Source of the DNA: an uncultured virus (IMG/VR IMGVR_UViG_3300011434_000001)
Lineage: Duplodnaviria > Heunggongvirae > Uroviricota > Caudoviricetes
DNA: 20,000 nucleotides
Strand: one strand, 5' to 3'
Virus record (IMG/VR): IMGVR_UViG_3300011434_000001
Positions 1-8,225 of this stretch are shown here, one piece after another. The notes beneath the pieces are model-generated. The model made no database searches. It saw nothing but the letters and a program-made list of their open reading frames with translations, and was not told the DNA's origin. The stretch's first letter is position 1. Every line of letters starts with the position of its first letter. A program made the translations under genes and the position numbers.

Positions 1-753
1 CCATGAATCACGGTCGCGAATATATGCCTTGATCAACTCCGCTTCGTTCTGCGTGAACACAATCAAGTTCGGAGTGTCGGATGACGGAGTCACCGCAAGA
101 CCGGTCACTTCCGACTTGAACGCAAACGCGCTAATGCCGCCGAGATATGTATCCTCACGAAAAGAAAATGGATTGGCAGGATCGCTGGCGCGAACAAAAT
201 TTCGATGCGCGACCCATAGGCGGTCGCCCACCCACGCCATCGGCCCGCCCACCGGCGTTTCGAATGCGTTGTCGCGGATGTGGCCGGACTGAGACCCATC
301 GTAGTATGCGGGGGCAGTCTCGCCGCCGTCTTGGATGATCAACACGTTGCGCGGGTCGATTACCTCGATGGCCGACGCAAAGTCAGTCGTTTTTCGGCGG
401 GCGGATTGAACGGTCTGACACCAGAATACCTGCTTCGCCGAAGGAGACATCAGGACCCCGGGAATCTGTTTAAACGAGAGAAAGGGCCAGCCCGAGACGT
501 AGAGCACGCCAGAGATGCAGACCACAATCTGCTCCACCCCAAACTGGGGACGAAAAAGAGTGCCGCCTTGAAGCTTACCGTCCGGGAGTTCGGTGACGCA
601 TCGATAGCCGGGGCGACAGCCCGGCATACCGCCGACGTTGATCACGTTCTCACCGCACCAGTAATACCCGAGGGGTAACTGAGCGGGGTCCGTGTCGGAT
701 TTCATCCCACGGAAGAACGAGCCGTCGTAATCGTAAAAGGGTTGTGAGGGCAT
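1..753 (-). CDS. Partial (3'-truncated) tail nozzle / tail tubular protein B-like, probable beta-propeller virion protein
   Basis: Not in the ORF track because it runs off the window. I translated it by hand: ATG at 753-751 overlaps the upstream TAA (TAATG), and the frame is open to base 1 (MPSQPFYDYDGSFFRGMKSDTDPAQLPLGYYW...GGPMAWVGDRLWVAH...IRDRDSW, 251 aa). Short beta-strand pattern, and position directly after the adaptor-like gene as in P22 gp4-gp10 and T7 gp11-gp12. Confidence 0.65.
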   Translation of the reverse strand, partial: MPSQPFYDYDGSFFRGMKSDTDPAQLPLGYYWCGENVINVGGMPGCRPGYRCVTELPDGKLQGGTLFRPQFGVEQIVVCISGVLYVSGWPFLSFKQIPGVLMSPSAKQVFWCQTVQSARRKTTDFASAIEVIDPRNVLIIQDGGETAPAYYDGSQSGHIRDNAFETPVGGPMAWVGDRLWVAHRNFVRASDPANPFSFREDTYLGGISAFAFKSEVTGLAVTPSSDTPNLIVFTQNEAELIKAYIRDRDSW

Positions 754-1700
754 TAGACAATGTCGTAGTCATGTTTGTCCGTGAGCGCACCCGAACCGTC
801 CATCACCTGAATCGGGCTGACGGTCGTATTCGGTTCCACTTTATTCTGCGCTTCCAACTCCAGACGCGTAGCGTTGACTTCATACGCCTGCGCCTCCGCC
901 AACTTTTCGTTAGAGTAATATTTGCGCGCCTGAAGGCCGAGCAAAAATCCTACGCGGCTGCGGAGTGGGACGTGATCATACAGACTGGTGAAAACGGGAT
1001 TCTTGCGCATGTATGCGATGCGCACCCACGAAGCACCGCGATTGATCTTGATGCGCCGGAACTGCGGAATTTCCTCGTCGGGCTCATACACTCCGAGCAC
1101 GATGTTGTCTTCCGTCACCAGCTTGACCGAGCCTGCGGTCCTCGCTTTGAAAATTCCTGTGATGCGCGCGATAGTCGGCGCTTCTGTGTCCGGGACTGCA
1201 ACGCCATAGATGGTCGGGACCTGATAGCCGTCGAGCCACTGGCCATCCACCTGTCGGCGCAGCTTGTTTCCATTCGTGTCGTATCCGTAGACGATCAACT
1301 CTTTGCCGTTGTCATCAGCGGTCTGGAGGTGCGCAACAAGTCGGCGAGGTTCGCTGAGATCGCGATACGTGACGTGCCACGCGCCTTGATCTTGCCACGA
1401 CCAATCGCACGAACACCGACAGTCGCCCATACCGTTGAGATGAAAATTGAAAAGCGTTCCGTAGCCAAGTGTGGGGCGTCCACCGATGTTCACCGCGATG
1501 ACGGTCTCCACCTCGCGAGGGAGCGTGATGCAACGGTCGTCGCCGGACGTGCAGATATCAAGCCACGCCTTGAATCCCTCGAACTCGCCCTTGTTCGCAA
1601 TCATCGTGACCGCGTCACCGAGCCATCGGAACAGCTTGGTGTCGTCACAGACCCCGATGATCTTGCGGGCTTCTTCTTCTACGTCGGCAACCCGAAACAT
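753..1700 (-). CDS. Putative head-tail adaptor (tail tubular protein A-like)
   Basis: The track ORF is 753..1799, but the likely start is ATG at 1700 (MFRVADVEEEARKIIG, 315 aa), 1 nt after the upstream stop (TAAtATG). Helical N- and C-termini flank a beta-rich core, and the synteny fits an adaptor. Confidence 0.55.
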   Translation of the reverse strand: MFRVADVEEEARKIIGVCDDTKLFRWLGDAVTMIANKGEFEGFKAWLDICTSGDDRCITLPREVETVIAVNIGGRPTLGYGTLFNFHLNGMGDCRCSCDWSWQDQGAWHVTYRDLSEPRRLVAHLQTADDNGKELIVYGYDTNGNKLRRQVDGQWLDGYQVPTIYGVAVPDTEAPTIARITGIFKARTAGSVKLVTEDNIVLGVYEPDEEIPQFRRIKINRGASWVRIAYMRKNPVFTSLYDHVPLRSRVGFLLGLQARKYYSNEKLAEAQAYEVNATRLELEAQNKVEPNTTVSPIQVMDGSGALTDKHDYDIV

Positions 1701-1701
1701 A

Positions 1702-2019
1702 TTAATAGCTTTCTTTTTCGCGAGCGGCCATGTGCGCGTCGAGGGCTTCCTCAGCAGACTTGTCGCGCTTGCTCGGGGCCTCAGTTTTCTTGGCCTCAAC
1801 AGAGACGATCTCCTGAACCTCCACGGTGCAAGAATACGAGCCGTCCTTTTCCTCGGTGCTCCGGGCTTTCTTATACCGAATTACCATCAGCCCTTCTTTG
1901 GGAAGGTCCAGCGGCTCATCCTCGTGAAAGGTGATCGAAGGATAATATGGGTCCTCCGGCCCGAGAGGCGATGGTCCTTTCATAGGTTCGCCGAGTTTGA
2001 TGTTGAGATTCATCTTCAT
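1702..2019 (-). CDS. Small hypothetical virion-associated protein (105 aa)
   Basis: ATG start directly after the conserved CACCTTTTAGT motif, and coupled to the downstream gene. Ends in an amphipathic helix (AEEALDAHMA). Confidence 0.6.
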   Translation of the reverse strand: MKMNLNIKLGEPMKGPSPLGPEDPYYPSITFHEDEPLDLPKEGLMVIRYKKARSTEEKDGSYSCTVEVQEIVSVEAKKTEAPSKRDKSAEEALDAHMAAREKESY

Positions 2020-2021
2020 AT

Positions 2022-2032
2022 ACTAAAAGGTG
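2022..2032 (-). promoter_or_regulatory. Conserved intergenic motif CACCTTTTAGT (putative late promoter, probably leaderless)
   Basis: One of four intergenic copies of CAC(A/C)NTTTAGT. It ends 2 nt before the ATG at 2019. Confidence 0.6.
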
Positions 2033-2039
2033 CGGTTTT

Positions 2040-4652
2040 TTAGGGGTTGACGATACCCTCCAAATACTTGATCACGGCGAAATTCATCTGCCGCGCAGTG
2101 CCTGCGCCACCCACGGTGTTCTTCACACCCGCCACGAAGCGCATCGCAGTCGCGGAAGCAGGAAGTTGCACCGTCGCCGTTTTAACCAAAGTATTATTGA
2201 TATAGAATCGAACTTCAGAACCGCCGTTCTCCCACTCGATACGAAAATCCTGCGTGGTGGTTGTGGAAACGTTCACGCCCGTCGTGAAGACGTTCAAATT
2301 TGTGCCATCATACGTGACGACCTTCCACTCCGAATCAGTTCCGGCTGAATACCGAAACCCAACGAACGTCGTCCCCGGCGTGTCACTATTATTTCCGAAC
2401 AGGGTAGCACCCGTATTCGCAGCCCAACCAATCCAACATCGATTTCCCGATGTCTCATTCAAATTACACAGGATGACCGATGTCATCTTATAACTCAAAA
2501 AGAACGTGCTCGTTGATGGGGCTTCATAGAATGCTGAGTTGTTCAGCGTCGTAGAAGTGCGAAGATCACGACCTTCCAATTTTGTTGAAGTGGCCGCAAC
2601 CGGATTGCCGGAAGAAGCCGTAGAAGTCATCGCATTCCCCAAGCTGGTAGTCCCGCCGTTGTAAAAATAAATCGCTCGCTCTACGGCTACGTTCCATTGC
2701 TTCGTTCCGTCCGCGCCCGCTGCACCGTTTGAACCGGCTGCGCCGGTCGCGCCGGTATCGCCCTTATCACCCTTCGGGATAAAGTTCACCTTAACGATGT
2801 CGTTATCGCTGAAGGAACCGTTCGACACGATTCCCGCCACAGTGAAAGTATCCCACGATCCGTTATCCGTCAGCGTCCCGCTAATGGAGAAGACTGCAAA
2901 CACCGAAGGATCGCTGTCCTTCCGCATTGTGAGAGTCCCACGAATCGTGGAAGTCGAATCGTCCCATGACGCGAGGTAAGCCGCCAACGCGTTTGCATCT
3001 CCATCCGTTTCCGAGATGTAGAGCGCCGTCGCGGACAGGAGAGTGGTATTATTAAATTGCAATTTGCCGGAACCGGGATCAGTTGCGGTCGTGGTCGTAT
3101 CGTAAGTATACTTGAGACCCTGATTCCGGCCATCCGCACCGTTCGTCCCGTTGGACCCATTCGAACCGTTCGAACCGGCTGCGCCAGTCGCACCAGTTGC
3201 CCCAGTCGCGCCGGTATCGCCCTTATCACCAGTCGGGAAGAAATGAACCTTTACGACATCGTTATTAGCGAACACCCCAGTCGATGCTACGTGCGTTACT
3301 GAAAACGCATCCCACGCGCCATTGTCGGTGCGATTGCCAGTAATTTGAAAAATGGCGAACACTGAGGCGTCCGAGTCCTTGCGCATCGTGAGCACGCCAC
3401 GAATCGTGGAAGTGCTGTCATCCCACGTCGCGAGATAGTTGCCGAGGGACAACACGTCACCATCCGTCTCAGAAATAAAGAGTGCAGTAGCGGAGGCAAG
3501 CGTCGCGTTGTTGAACTTCAGGAACCCGGAGCCGGGATCAGAGTTGGCGGTATTCGTGCTGTAAGAATACTTGATGCCAGCTTCACGACCGCCAGTTCCG
3601 CCAGAACCGGGAGAACCAGTCGCGCCAGTCGCGCCCTTCTTTTGGAAGGTCCAAACGATATTGTCCGCATTCGCAAAATTCCCACCGCTCGTGGCCACGC
3701 ATGTCACAACGTAGTGGTGCCGGGCTCCCGCAACCGAATGGCTGACGACTTCAAAAATACCGTAAAGAGGAACGGCATCCTTGTTGTAGATGAAAATCAA
3801 ATCGCCTGCGGTATCGGGGAGCCCTAGAGCGTCGTCATTGAAATTATTTTCCGCGTCCGTCTTGTTTACATAAATGTCGGTAACATCGCCGAAATCATTA
3901 TCATTGAACGTGATTTCCTGCGAGCCCGGATTCGTCGAGTTGTTCGTGTTGAAGACGTAAGGGAACGCAACCGCGCCGCCCGGACGACCATTCTCGCCAT
4001 TTGCGCCATCCGCACCGTCCGCACCATTAGTGCCGTTCGTGCCATTAGTGCCGTTGGTTCCATTTGTGCCAGCCGCACCCGTGTCGCCTTGGTCACCCGT
4101 GAAGGTAAAATTCAAAACCAGCGTGTCGCCGTCCACAAACGAACCGTTAGATGCAAACGGCAGAACCGAGAACGTATCCCACGCGCCGTTGTCGAGACGG
4201 GTTCCAACAACGTTCATCGCAACGGACGTGGACGGGTCACCTTCTTTGTGAATAAACAGAGTGCCCTTGACTGTAGACGAACCGGTCGTCCACAGATTCA
4301 AGTAAAACTCAAGGTCATTACTGTCCGCATCTGTCTCCGAGACGTAGAGGCTAGTAGCGAGATTAGGGTTCGCATTGTTAAACCGCAGTTTGCCAACTCC
4401 GGGATCAGAGGAAGCTGTTAAGGCGGAATAAGTATACCGCTGTCCCGCATCCTGACCGGCGACACCTTGAATTCCTTGCACGCCTTGCACGCCCTGCACG
4501 CCTTGCGGACCCTGCACGCCTTGCGCACCAACGAACTCGGGCGGAACGCGACGAAGCCGCCGAACGCCGGGGGAAATTTCCACCGTCGCGATTACTTCGC
4601 CTTCACCTGCCGGGATCGCTTGTTCCCATGTCGGGATTTCGCTCGTTTTCAT
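2040..4652 (-). CDS. Collagen-like tail/head fibre with four repeated globular modules and a C-terminal lectin-like domain (870 aa)
   Basis: Five Gly-X-Y tracts (GVQ, GTN/GAD, GAT, GAT/GSN, GAT/GAA) alternate with ~115-aa modules carrying DPGxGxLxFNN...SETD...DNGxWDxF. The C-terminal ~220 aa is beta-rich, with FRIEWENGGSEVRFYINN resembling concanavalin A/LamG-like folds. Confidence 0.8.
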   Translation of the reverse strand: MKTSEIPTWEQAIPAGEGEVIATVEISPGVRRLRRVPPEFVGAQGVQGPQGVQGVQGVQGIQGVAGQDAGQRYTYSALTASSDPGVGKLRFNNANPNLATSLYVSETDADSNDLEFYLNLWTTGSSTVKGTLFIHKEGDPSTSVAMNVVGTRLDNGAWDTFSVLPFASNGSFVDGDTLVLNFTFTGDQGDTGAAGTNGTNGTNGTNGTNGADGADGANGENGRPGGAVAFPYVFNTNNSTNPGSQEITFNDNDFGDVTDIYVNKTDAENNFNDDALGLPDTAGDLIFIYNKDAVPLYGIFEVVSHSVAGARHHYVVTCVATSGGNFANADNIVWTFQKKGATGATGSPGSGGTGGREAGIKYSYSTNTANSDPGSGFLKFNNATLASATALFISETDGDVLSLGNYLATWDDSTSTIRGVLTMRKDSDASVFAIFQITGNRTDNGAWDAFSVTHVASTGVFANNDVVKVHFFPTGDKGDTGATGATGATGAAGSNGSNGSNGTNGADGRNQGLKYTYDTTTTATDPGSGKLQFNNTTLLSATALYISETDGDANALAAYLASWDDSTSTIRGTLTMRKDSDPSVFAVFSISGTLTDNGSWDTFTVAGIVSNGSFSDNDIVKVNFIPKGDKGDTGATGAAGSNGAAGADGTKQWNVAVERAIYFYNGGTTSLGNAMTSTASSGNPVAATSTKLEGRDLRTSTTLNNSAFYEAPSTSTFFLSYKMTSVILCNLNETSGNRCWIGWAANTGATLFGNNSDTPGTTFVGFRYSAGTDSEWKVVTYDGTNLNVFTTGVNVSTTTTQDFRIEWENGGSEVRFYINNTLVKTATVQLPASATAMRFVAGVKNTVGGAGTARQMNFAVIKYLEGIVNP
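2772..4445 (-). repeat. Intragenic repeat: four ~340-350 bp modules separated by collagen-coding triplet repeats
   Basis: Modules lie at about 4098-4445, 3636-3968 (divergent), 3231-3578 and 2772-3119. The last two share WDDSTSTIRGxLTMRKDSDxSVFA and visible DNA similarity. Confidence 0.8.
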
Positions 4653-4930
4653 GCGTTGTCAATACAGATGTAGTCGTTGTTGGCTTCCTTCACCAATTGA
4701 TTGTCGTCATCCTGCCAGATGTCGCAATCCCCAAAGTTTAGGGGGCCGTTGTTAATACCTAACACATACCCCGGAGTATGAACCGTCTTATCGCCGCCGA
4801 CAGCGGGATCACAAGACCCTGCGGGCAACCCAGTCAGTTTCGGCGGAGCGCATGGAGCGGTCTTGACCCGCACCGGTGCTGCCGAACCCGAAGACAAACC
4901 TTCACCGTCATACTTAGGCGAGTTTGACAT
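4649..4930 (-). CDS. Small hypothetical structural protein (93 aa, 4 Cys)
   Basis: Overlaps both neighbours (ATGA overlap at 4649-4652) and fills the gap between the two fibre genes. Confidence 0.55.
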   Translation of the reverse strand: MSNSPKYDGEGLSSGSAAPVRVKTAPCAPPKLTGLPAGSCDPAVGGDKTVHTPGYVLGINNGPLNFGDCDIWQDDDNQLVKEANNDYICIDNA

Positions 4931-5939
4931 AAGTCATCGTAGTCCGAGTGGCGATGATGTTAACGCGCGCACCCGTGGTGCATTTCGCTTGGAGCCGCAC
5001 TTCCTCATTGTCCACAGAAGATGTGTAGATGACCGTAAAGCTAACAACACGATTCTCGTCTTCCGAAATCTCGGAGGTTTCAAACTGAGAGCCGTCCAAC
5101 GTCGCCGGGACGGTATCGCGCAACTGAAGATAGACGATGTCCGAATCCACGATCCCGGTCAACCCAATCATTTGAGTTGAGACTGTGATCTGATAGGTGC
5201 CTGCGGTCGGAAGCAGCAGACGCGCGGACGAGTTGACGAAGTCCACCGCAGCAAACGTGACGGTGAGTTCATAGTCCGTCCCAACCGTGGCATGGTATTG
5301 ACCATTCGTTTCCGTGTGCGATTCGCCGGGATCGCCCTGATCGCCTTGTGGACCTTGAATCCCCTGTGGGCCGACAATACTCTGCCCGGGAAAACCGGAC
5401 GGCACAACCAACTTGCCCGTGGTGACCGTAACGGGTGGGCTGCTGGCCGCCTTGACGAGCGTCAACCACAGTGTGCCAGAGCCGTCCTTCGCGGTGACCA
5501 GATACCAACCCGAGTTTTGAATGAAAACGTAGAGTCCTTCAAGGATCGCCGGATTGTAGAGAGTCGAGATGACGATGTTCGGTGCGCCGAGATTCGGTTG
5601 CGTGAAGCTGGCCAGCACGACAGTAAAGGCGTTGGCCCCGTCGTCACCATCCGCACCAGCCGCACCCTGCGGACCCGTTGCGCCGATAATCCCTTCGTTG
5701 AACAGGCGCAGAAAATAGCAGGCGAGCCCTTCGCCCTCGGCGCGAGGATTATTTTCGAGACCGATATCGAGACTGCACGGCAGAGACCAAACGATCTCAC
5801 CGTTCACCTCGGTCTTGACTACGTCGCCGAAAAATTGCTGCGTGAAATTGGCAATCTGCGATGACAGCGATTCGCAATCGACTGTGTTCGTCTCGGACGA
5901 CTGGCAGGGGCTATCCCCGCAATTACTTTGACAGGACAT
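4914..5939 (-). CDS. Collagen-containing fibre/spike protein with C1q/BclA-CTD-like C-terminal domain (341 aa)
   Basis: Two short Gly-X-Y tracts (GATGPQGAAGADGDDG; GPQGIQGPQGDQGDPG) and a Cys-rich N-terminus. The C-terminal beta domain has LLLPTAGTYQITVS, reminiscent of TNF/C1q-like trimerisation heads. Confidence 0.65.
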   Translation of the reverse strand: MSCQSNCGDSPCQSSETNTVDCESLSSQIANFTQQFFGDVVKTEVNGEIVWSLPCSLDIGLENNPRAEGEGLACYFLRLFNEGIIGATGPQGAAGADGDDGANAFTVVLASFTQPNLGAPNIVISTLYNPAILEGLYVFIQNSGWYLVTAKDGSGTLWLTLVKAASSPPVTVTTGKLVVPSGFPGQSIVGPQGIQGPQGDQGDPGESHTETNGQYHATVGTDYELTVTFAAVDFVNSSARLLLPTAGTYQITVSTQMIGLTGIVDSDIVYLQLRDTVPATLDGSQFETSEISEDENRVVSFTVIYTSSVDNEEVRLQAKCTTGARVNIIATRTTMTYVKLA

Positions 5940-6720
5940 GGAGTTTTCCTTTCAGTTCTCCGTGCCGGTGTGCGAACCAATATGCGAACACAGCGCCGAC
6001 GCCGATGCACAGAATTAAAATTTCGTGGCCGACGATGAGCGACGGCAACATGATAAGCGCAATCCCCGCCGCACTTGCAACAAGGCTCGTGGTTGTGCTG
6101 CCAACGATAACCTTGAGAGGGGGCCAGACCAACGAGGCTGCGCCAAAAACAAATAACGCGATGCCCACCCACACGACTCCCTTGAGGGAGGAAAGCTTCG
6201 CGCGCGTCTCGGCGGCGAAATCTTTTTGGGCTGCACCGATCTTTGTGTCGAGTTTTTCCTCGGTCACAACCACCTTGCCATCAGGCAAAAATTCCCGGGT
6301 GATGCGGGACAAATTCTGAGTCGTATCCGATTTCGGATTTTCCGACTGCTTCACTTCGCCGGACAAGCCGGACGGGGTTCGAAAACCACTGGAGCCACCC
6401 TTCTGCGCGAGCGCGCAACCATTTGCCGCGAGGGCCAACGTCAAACCGCCGATGATGAGAAGGTCCTTGCTGGGTTTCTTAGGGGACTTCACGCGCCGGA
6501 TCACGTAGATGGCAGTTGCGATACCGATCACGATTTGAACGACGAGCAGTGCGATTCGCAGCCATGACTCAACACTCTCAGCAGGAGTTTTTGTGGCCTC
6601 TGCTACGCCTTGAGCGACTGCGCCGGAAACATTACCGGTGACAACCGCGCCGATCTTGAATTCTTCCAACCGGAAAAGTCCGGTGACCTTTTCAATCAGG
6701 GAGCGAATGAGGTTGATCAT
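5923..6720 (-). CDS. Multi-pass membrane protein with internal lipobox; possible lysis protein (holin/spanin-like)
   Basis: The likely start is ATG at 6720, since the GTG at 6759 lies inside the terminator hairpin. It has TM WLRIALLVVQIVIGIATAIYVI, a basic loop, an h-region ending LAANGC, a soluble segment and three C-terminal hydrophobic helices. Confidence 0.55.
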   Translation of the reverse strand: MINLIRSLIEKVTGLFRLEEFKIGAVVTGNVSGAVAQGVAEATKTPAESVESWLRIALLVVQIVIGIATAIYVIRRVKSPKKPSKDLLIIGGLTLALAANGCALAQKGGSSGFRTPSGLSGEVKQSENPKSDTTQNLSRITREFLPDGKVVVTEEKLDTKIGAAQKDFAAETRAKLSSLKGVVWVGIALFVFGAASLVWPPLKVIVGSTTTSLVASAAGIALIMLPSLIVGHEILILCIGVGAVFAYWFAHRHGELKGKLHVLSK

Positions 6721-6733
6721 ATTTTTCTTTCGA

Positions 6734-6764
6734 TAAAGGGGAGTGGGCTTTCGACCCACTCCCC
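6734..6764 (-). terminator. Intrinsic terminator after the major capsid gene (probably leaky)
   Basis: The minus strand reads GGGGAGTGGG-tcgaaag-CCCACTCCCC (10-bp perfect stem) followed by only TTTAT. Confidence 0.75.
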
Positions 6765-6803
6765 GTGTTCACCTGATTGCTTAGAATCAGACTAAGCTTT
6801 CGC

Positions 6804-8081
6804 TTAGGCTTCTTCCTCGCACACCCCAACCGTGGTGAAGGTGTCCGCACCGGTGTAGCTCGACAGAGTCACCTCATCCGAGCACGCGACCAGACCGAGG
6901 TCTGCCGGGCAACGCTTGTAAGCGATGGGGATGATGTGCTGCGGGCGCAGCGGGCGATAGGCGCGACTGATCTGGTATTTGTGCCAGCCGAAGTCGCCCC
7001 ATTGATTGCACTCGTTATCCTTGAGGTAGTGCCATTCGAGTTCGCCCATGTGCAACTGGGGCGCGAACTTGAAGCTGCCTTCGCCCACATACCGCTCGGG
7101 AACGAGGCGCTCGAACGAACCGTCAGCGATGAAAACGCCGATTTCGTAGCTGGCTTGCAGCCACGTGGGATTCGCTTTGGCATACGCGGTGCCCTTGGAC
7201 GCGTTCGTCACAGTGGTCACCGGGTTGATCAGGTTCGGAACGCCATTCGTCATGGTGTTGAACCGGAGAGGACGCTGGTCCAGACCGAAGGAGATGCCCC
7301 GGTAGGAAGGAGACGACTCAAACCCGTAGGCGGTGAGCATTTCCTTGCCAAGCTGGTAGCTGCCTTGCGTGAGGACGTTGATCGCAGACGCATTGTCGGC
7401 GCTCAGTTCCGCACGGAAGTATTCGATCTGATCAGTGCCGCCGATGAAGCGGAAGCTGCCGTCGCTGTAGTAGTCGCCGAACAGAACCTCTTTCAGGTAG
7501 CGGGCGATGTAATGCAACGCTTTGAACGTCATAGGACCGTTCGGAAGCTGCGGGAAGAACTTCACGCCGAGATCGGTTTCAGAACCACCGGTAAACAGCG
7601 AGTCGAAGTCCCAGTCAGCGTTCGCCACGAACTTCGAGGCGGAACGGAGATACAGTTGCGCGCGGATGTCCGCGTTGGCATACTGGGTCACCAGTCGCTT
7701 CAGAGAGTCCTCGGCAACCGAATAGCTGCCCTTGAACGCGGCGTAACCCTGCTTCACGCAGATGTTCGGACCACGCCCACGGAAGCCTTCCAGCCGGACG
7801 TTGAATTCCGTGGTGTCGGTCTTGTCTTGGTGACCGGCCTGACCACAGAGTTCGGTTTCACAAACGAAGGTCGGGATGGCGAGAGAGTCGCCGGGAGCCG
7901 CCTGCATTTGCACGACGGAACGGATCGAGTCAGAGACTCCAGCGGGGAAGGTCCCGCCTTGAATCACGTTCATATAAGGAGAATTCGCAGCCAGAGTCTT
8001 CGCGATAGTCCCGACAATGCGGTTCGTATCTTTACTAGCTACGTCCGAGATTGCGCTCGGATCGTCACAGAAAAATGCCAT
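6804..8081 (-). CDS. Major capsid protein (425 aa)
   Basis: Size and position downstream of terminase-portal-scaffold. It has its own promoter, a long leader and a strong downstream hairpin, as expected for the most highly expressed virion gene. The fold is not verified. Confidence 0.75.
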   Translation of the reverse strand: MAFFCDDPSAISDVASKDTNRIVGTIAKTLAANSPYMNVIQGGTFPAGVSDSIRSVVQMQAAPGDSLAIPTFVCETELCGQAGHQDKTDTTEFNVRLEGFRGRGPNICVKQGYAAFKGSYSVAEDSLKRLVTQYANADIRAQLYLRSASKFVANADWDFDSLFTGGSETDLGVKFFPQLPNGPMTFKALHYIARYLKEVLFGDYYSDGSFRFIGGTDQIEYFRAELSADNASAINVLTQGSYQLGKEMLTAYGFESSPSYRGISFGLDQRPLRFNTMTNGVPNLINPVTTVTNASKGTAYAKANPTWLQASYEIGVFIADGSFERLVPERYVGEGSFKFAPQLHMGELEWHYLKDNECNQWGDFGWHKYQISRAYRPLRPQHIIPIAYKRCPADLGLVACSDEVTLSSYTGADTFTTVGVCEEEA

Positions 8082-8225
8082 TTTGGCCTTTCAATCGGAG
8101 CAAATTTACCGTGCTCCAGCCGGGCGAGGGAAAACACAACCTCTCTCGCAGGGCGATGATTCACTTGCTTGGGGCCAACAAGCGTAGGCCGTTCCGGCGA
8201 CGCCACTTCGGAGCGATAAGGCTTC
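8082..8225 (-). promoter_or_regulatory. Structured ~140-nt 5' leader of the capsid gene
   Basis: Four short inverted repeats (8193-8212, 8167-8183, 8124-8149, 8097-8117), plus end-to-end complementarity GCCTT/AAGGC next to the start codon. Confidence 0.45.

Noticed and set aside
2772..3578. Diversity-generating retroelement TR/VR pair, or a recombinase-driven fibre shufflon
   Set aside because: The repeats are in-frame direct domain duplications whose differences are not confined to adenines. No reverse transcriptase or inverted fibre cassettes are visible in the window.
3978..4097. Short tandem 9-bp repeats as a CRISPR array or VNTR
   Set aside because: They are codon repeats encoding collagen Gly-X-Y, with no repeat-spacer structure.
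6720..6806. T7-style frameshift or read-through extension of the capsid into the downstream gene
   Set aside because: A second in-frame TAG follows three codons after the stop, and the downstream gene's frame has a TGA at 6769-6771, so no fusion is possible.
6777..8159. 460-aa plus-strand ORF antisense to the capsid gene (likewise 744-1934, 11449-12483, 12529-13392, 16431-17357)
   Set aside because: Shadow ORFs expected from codon bias in GC-rich genes. They have no motifs and fully overlap coherent minus-strand genes.
8082..8225. tRNA in the cloverleaf-like intergenic region
   Set aside because: No T-loop GTTCRA, D-loop consensus or 7-bp acceptor stem with tRNA spacing.
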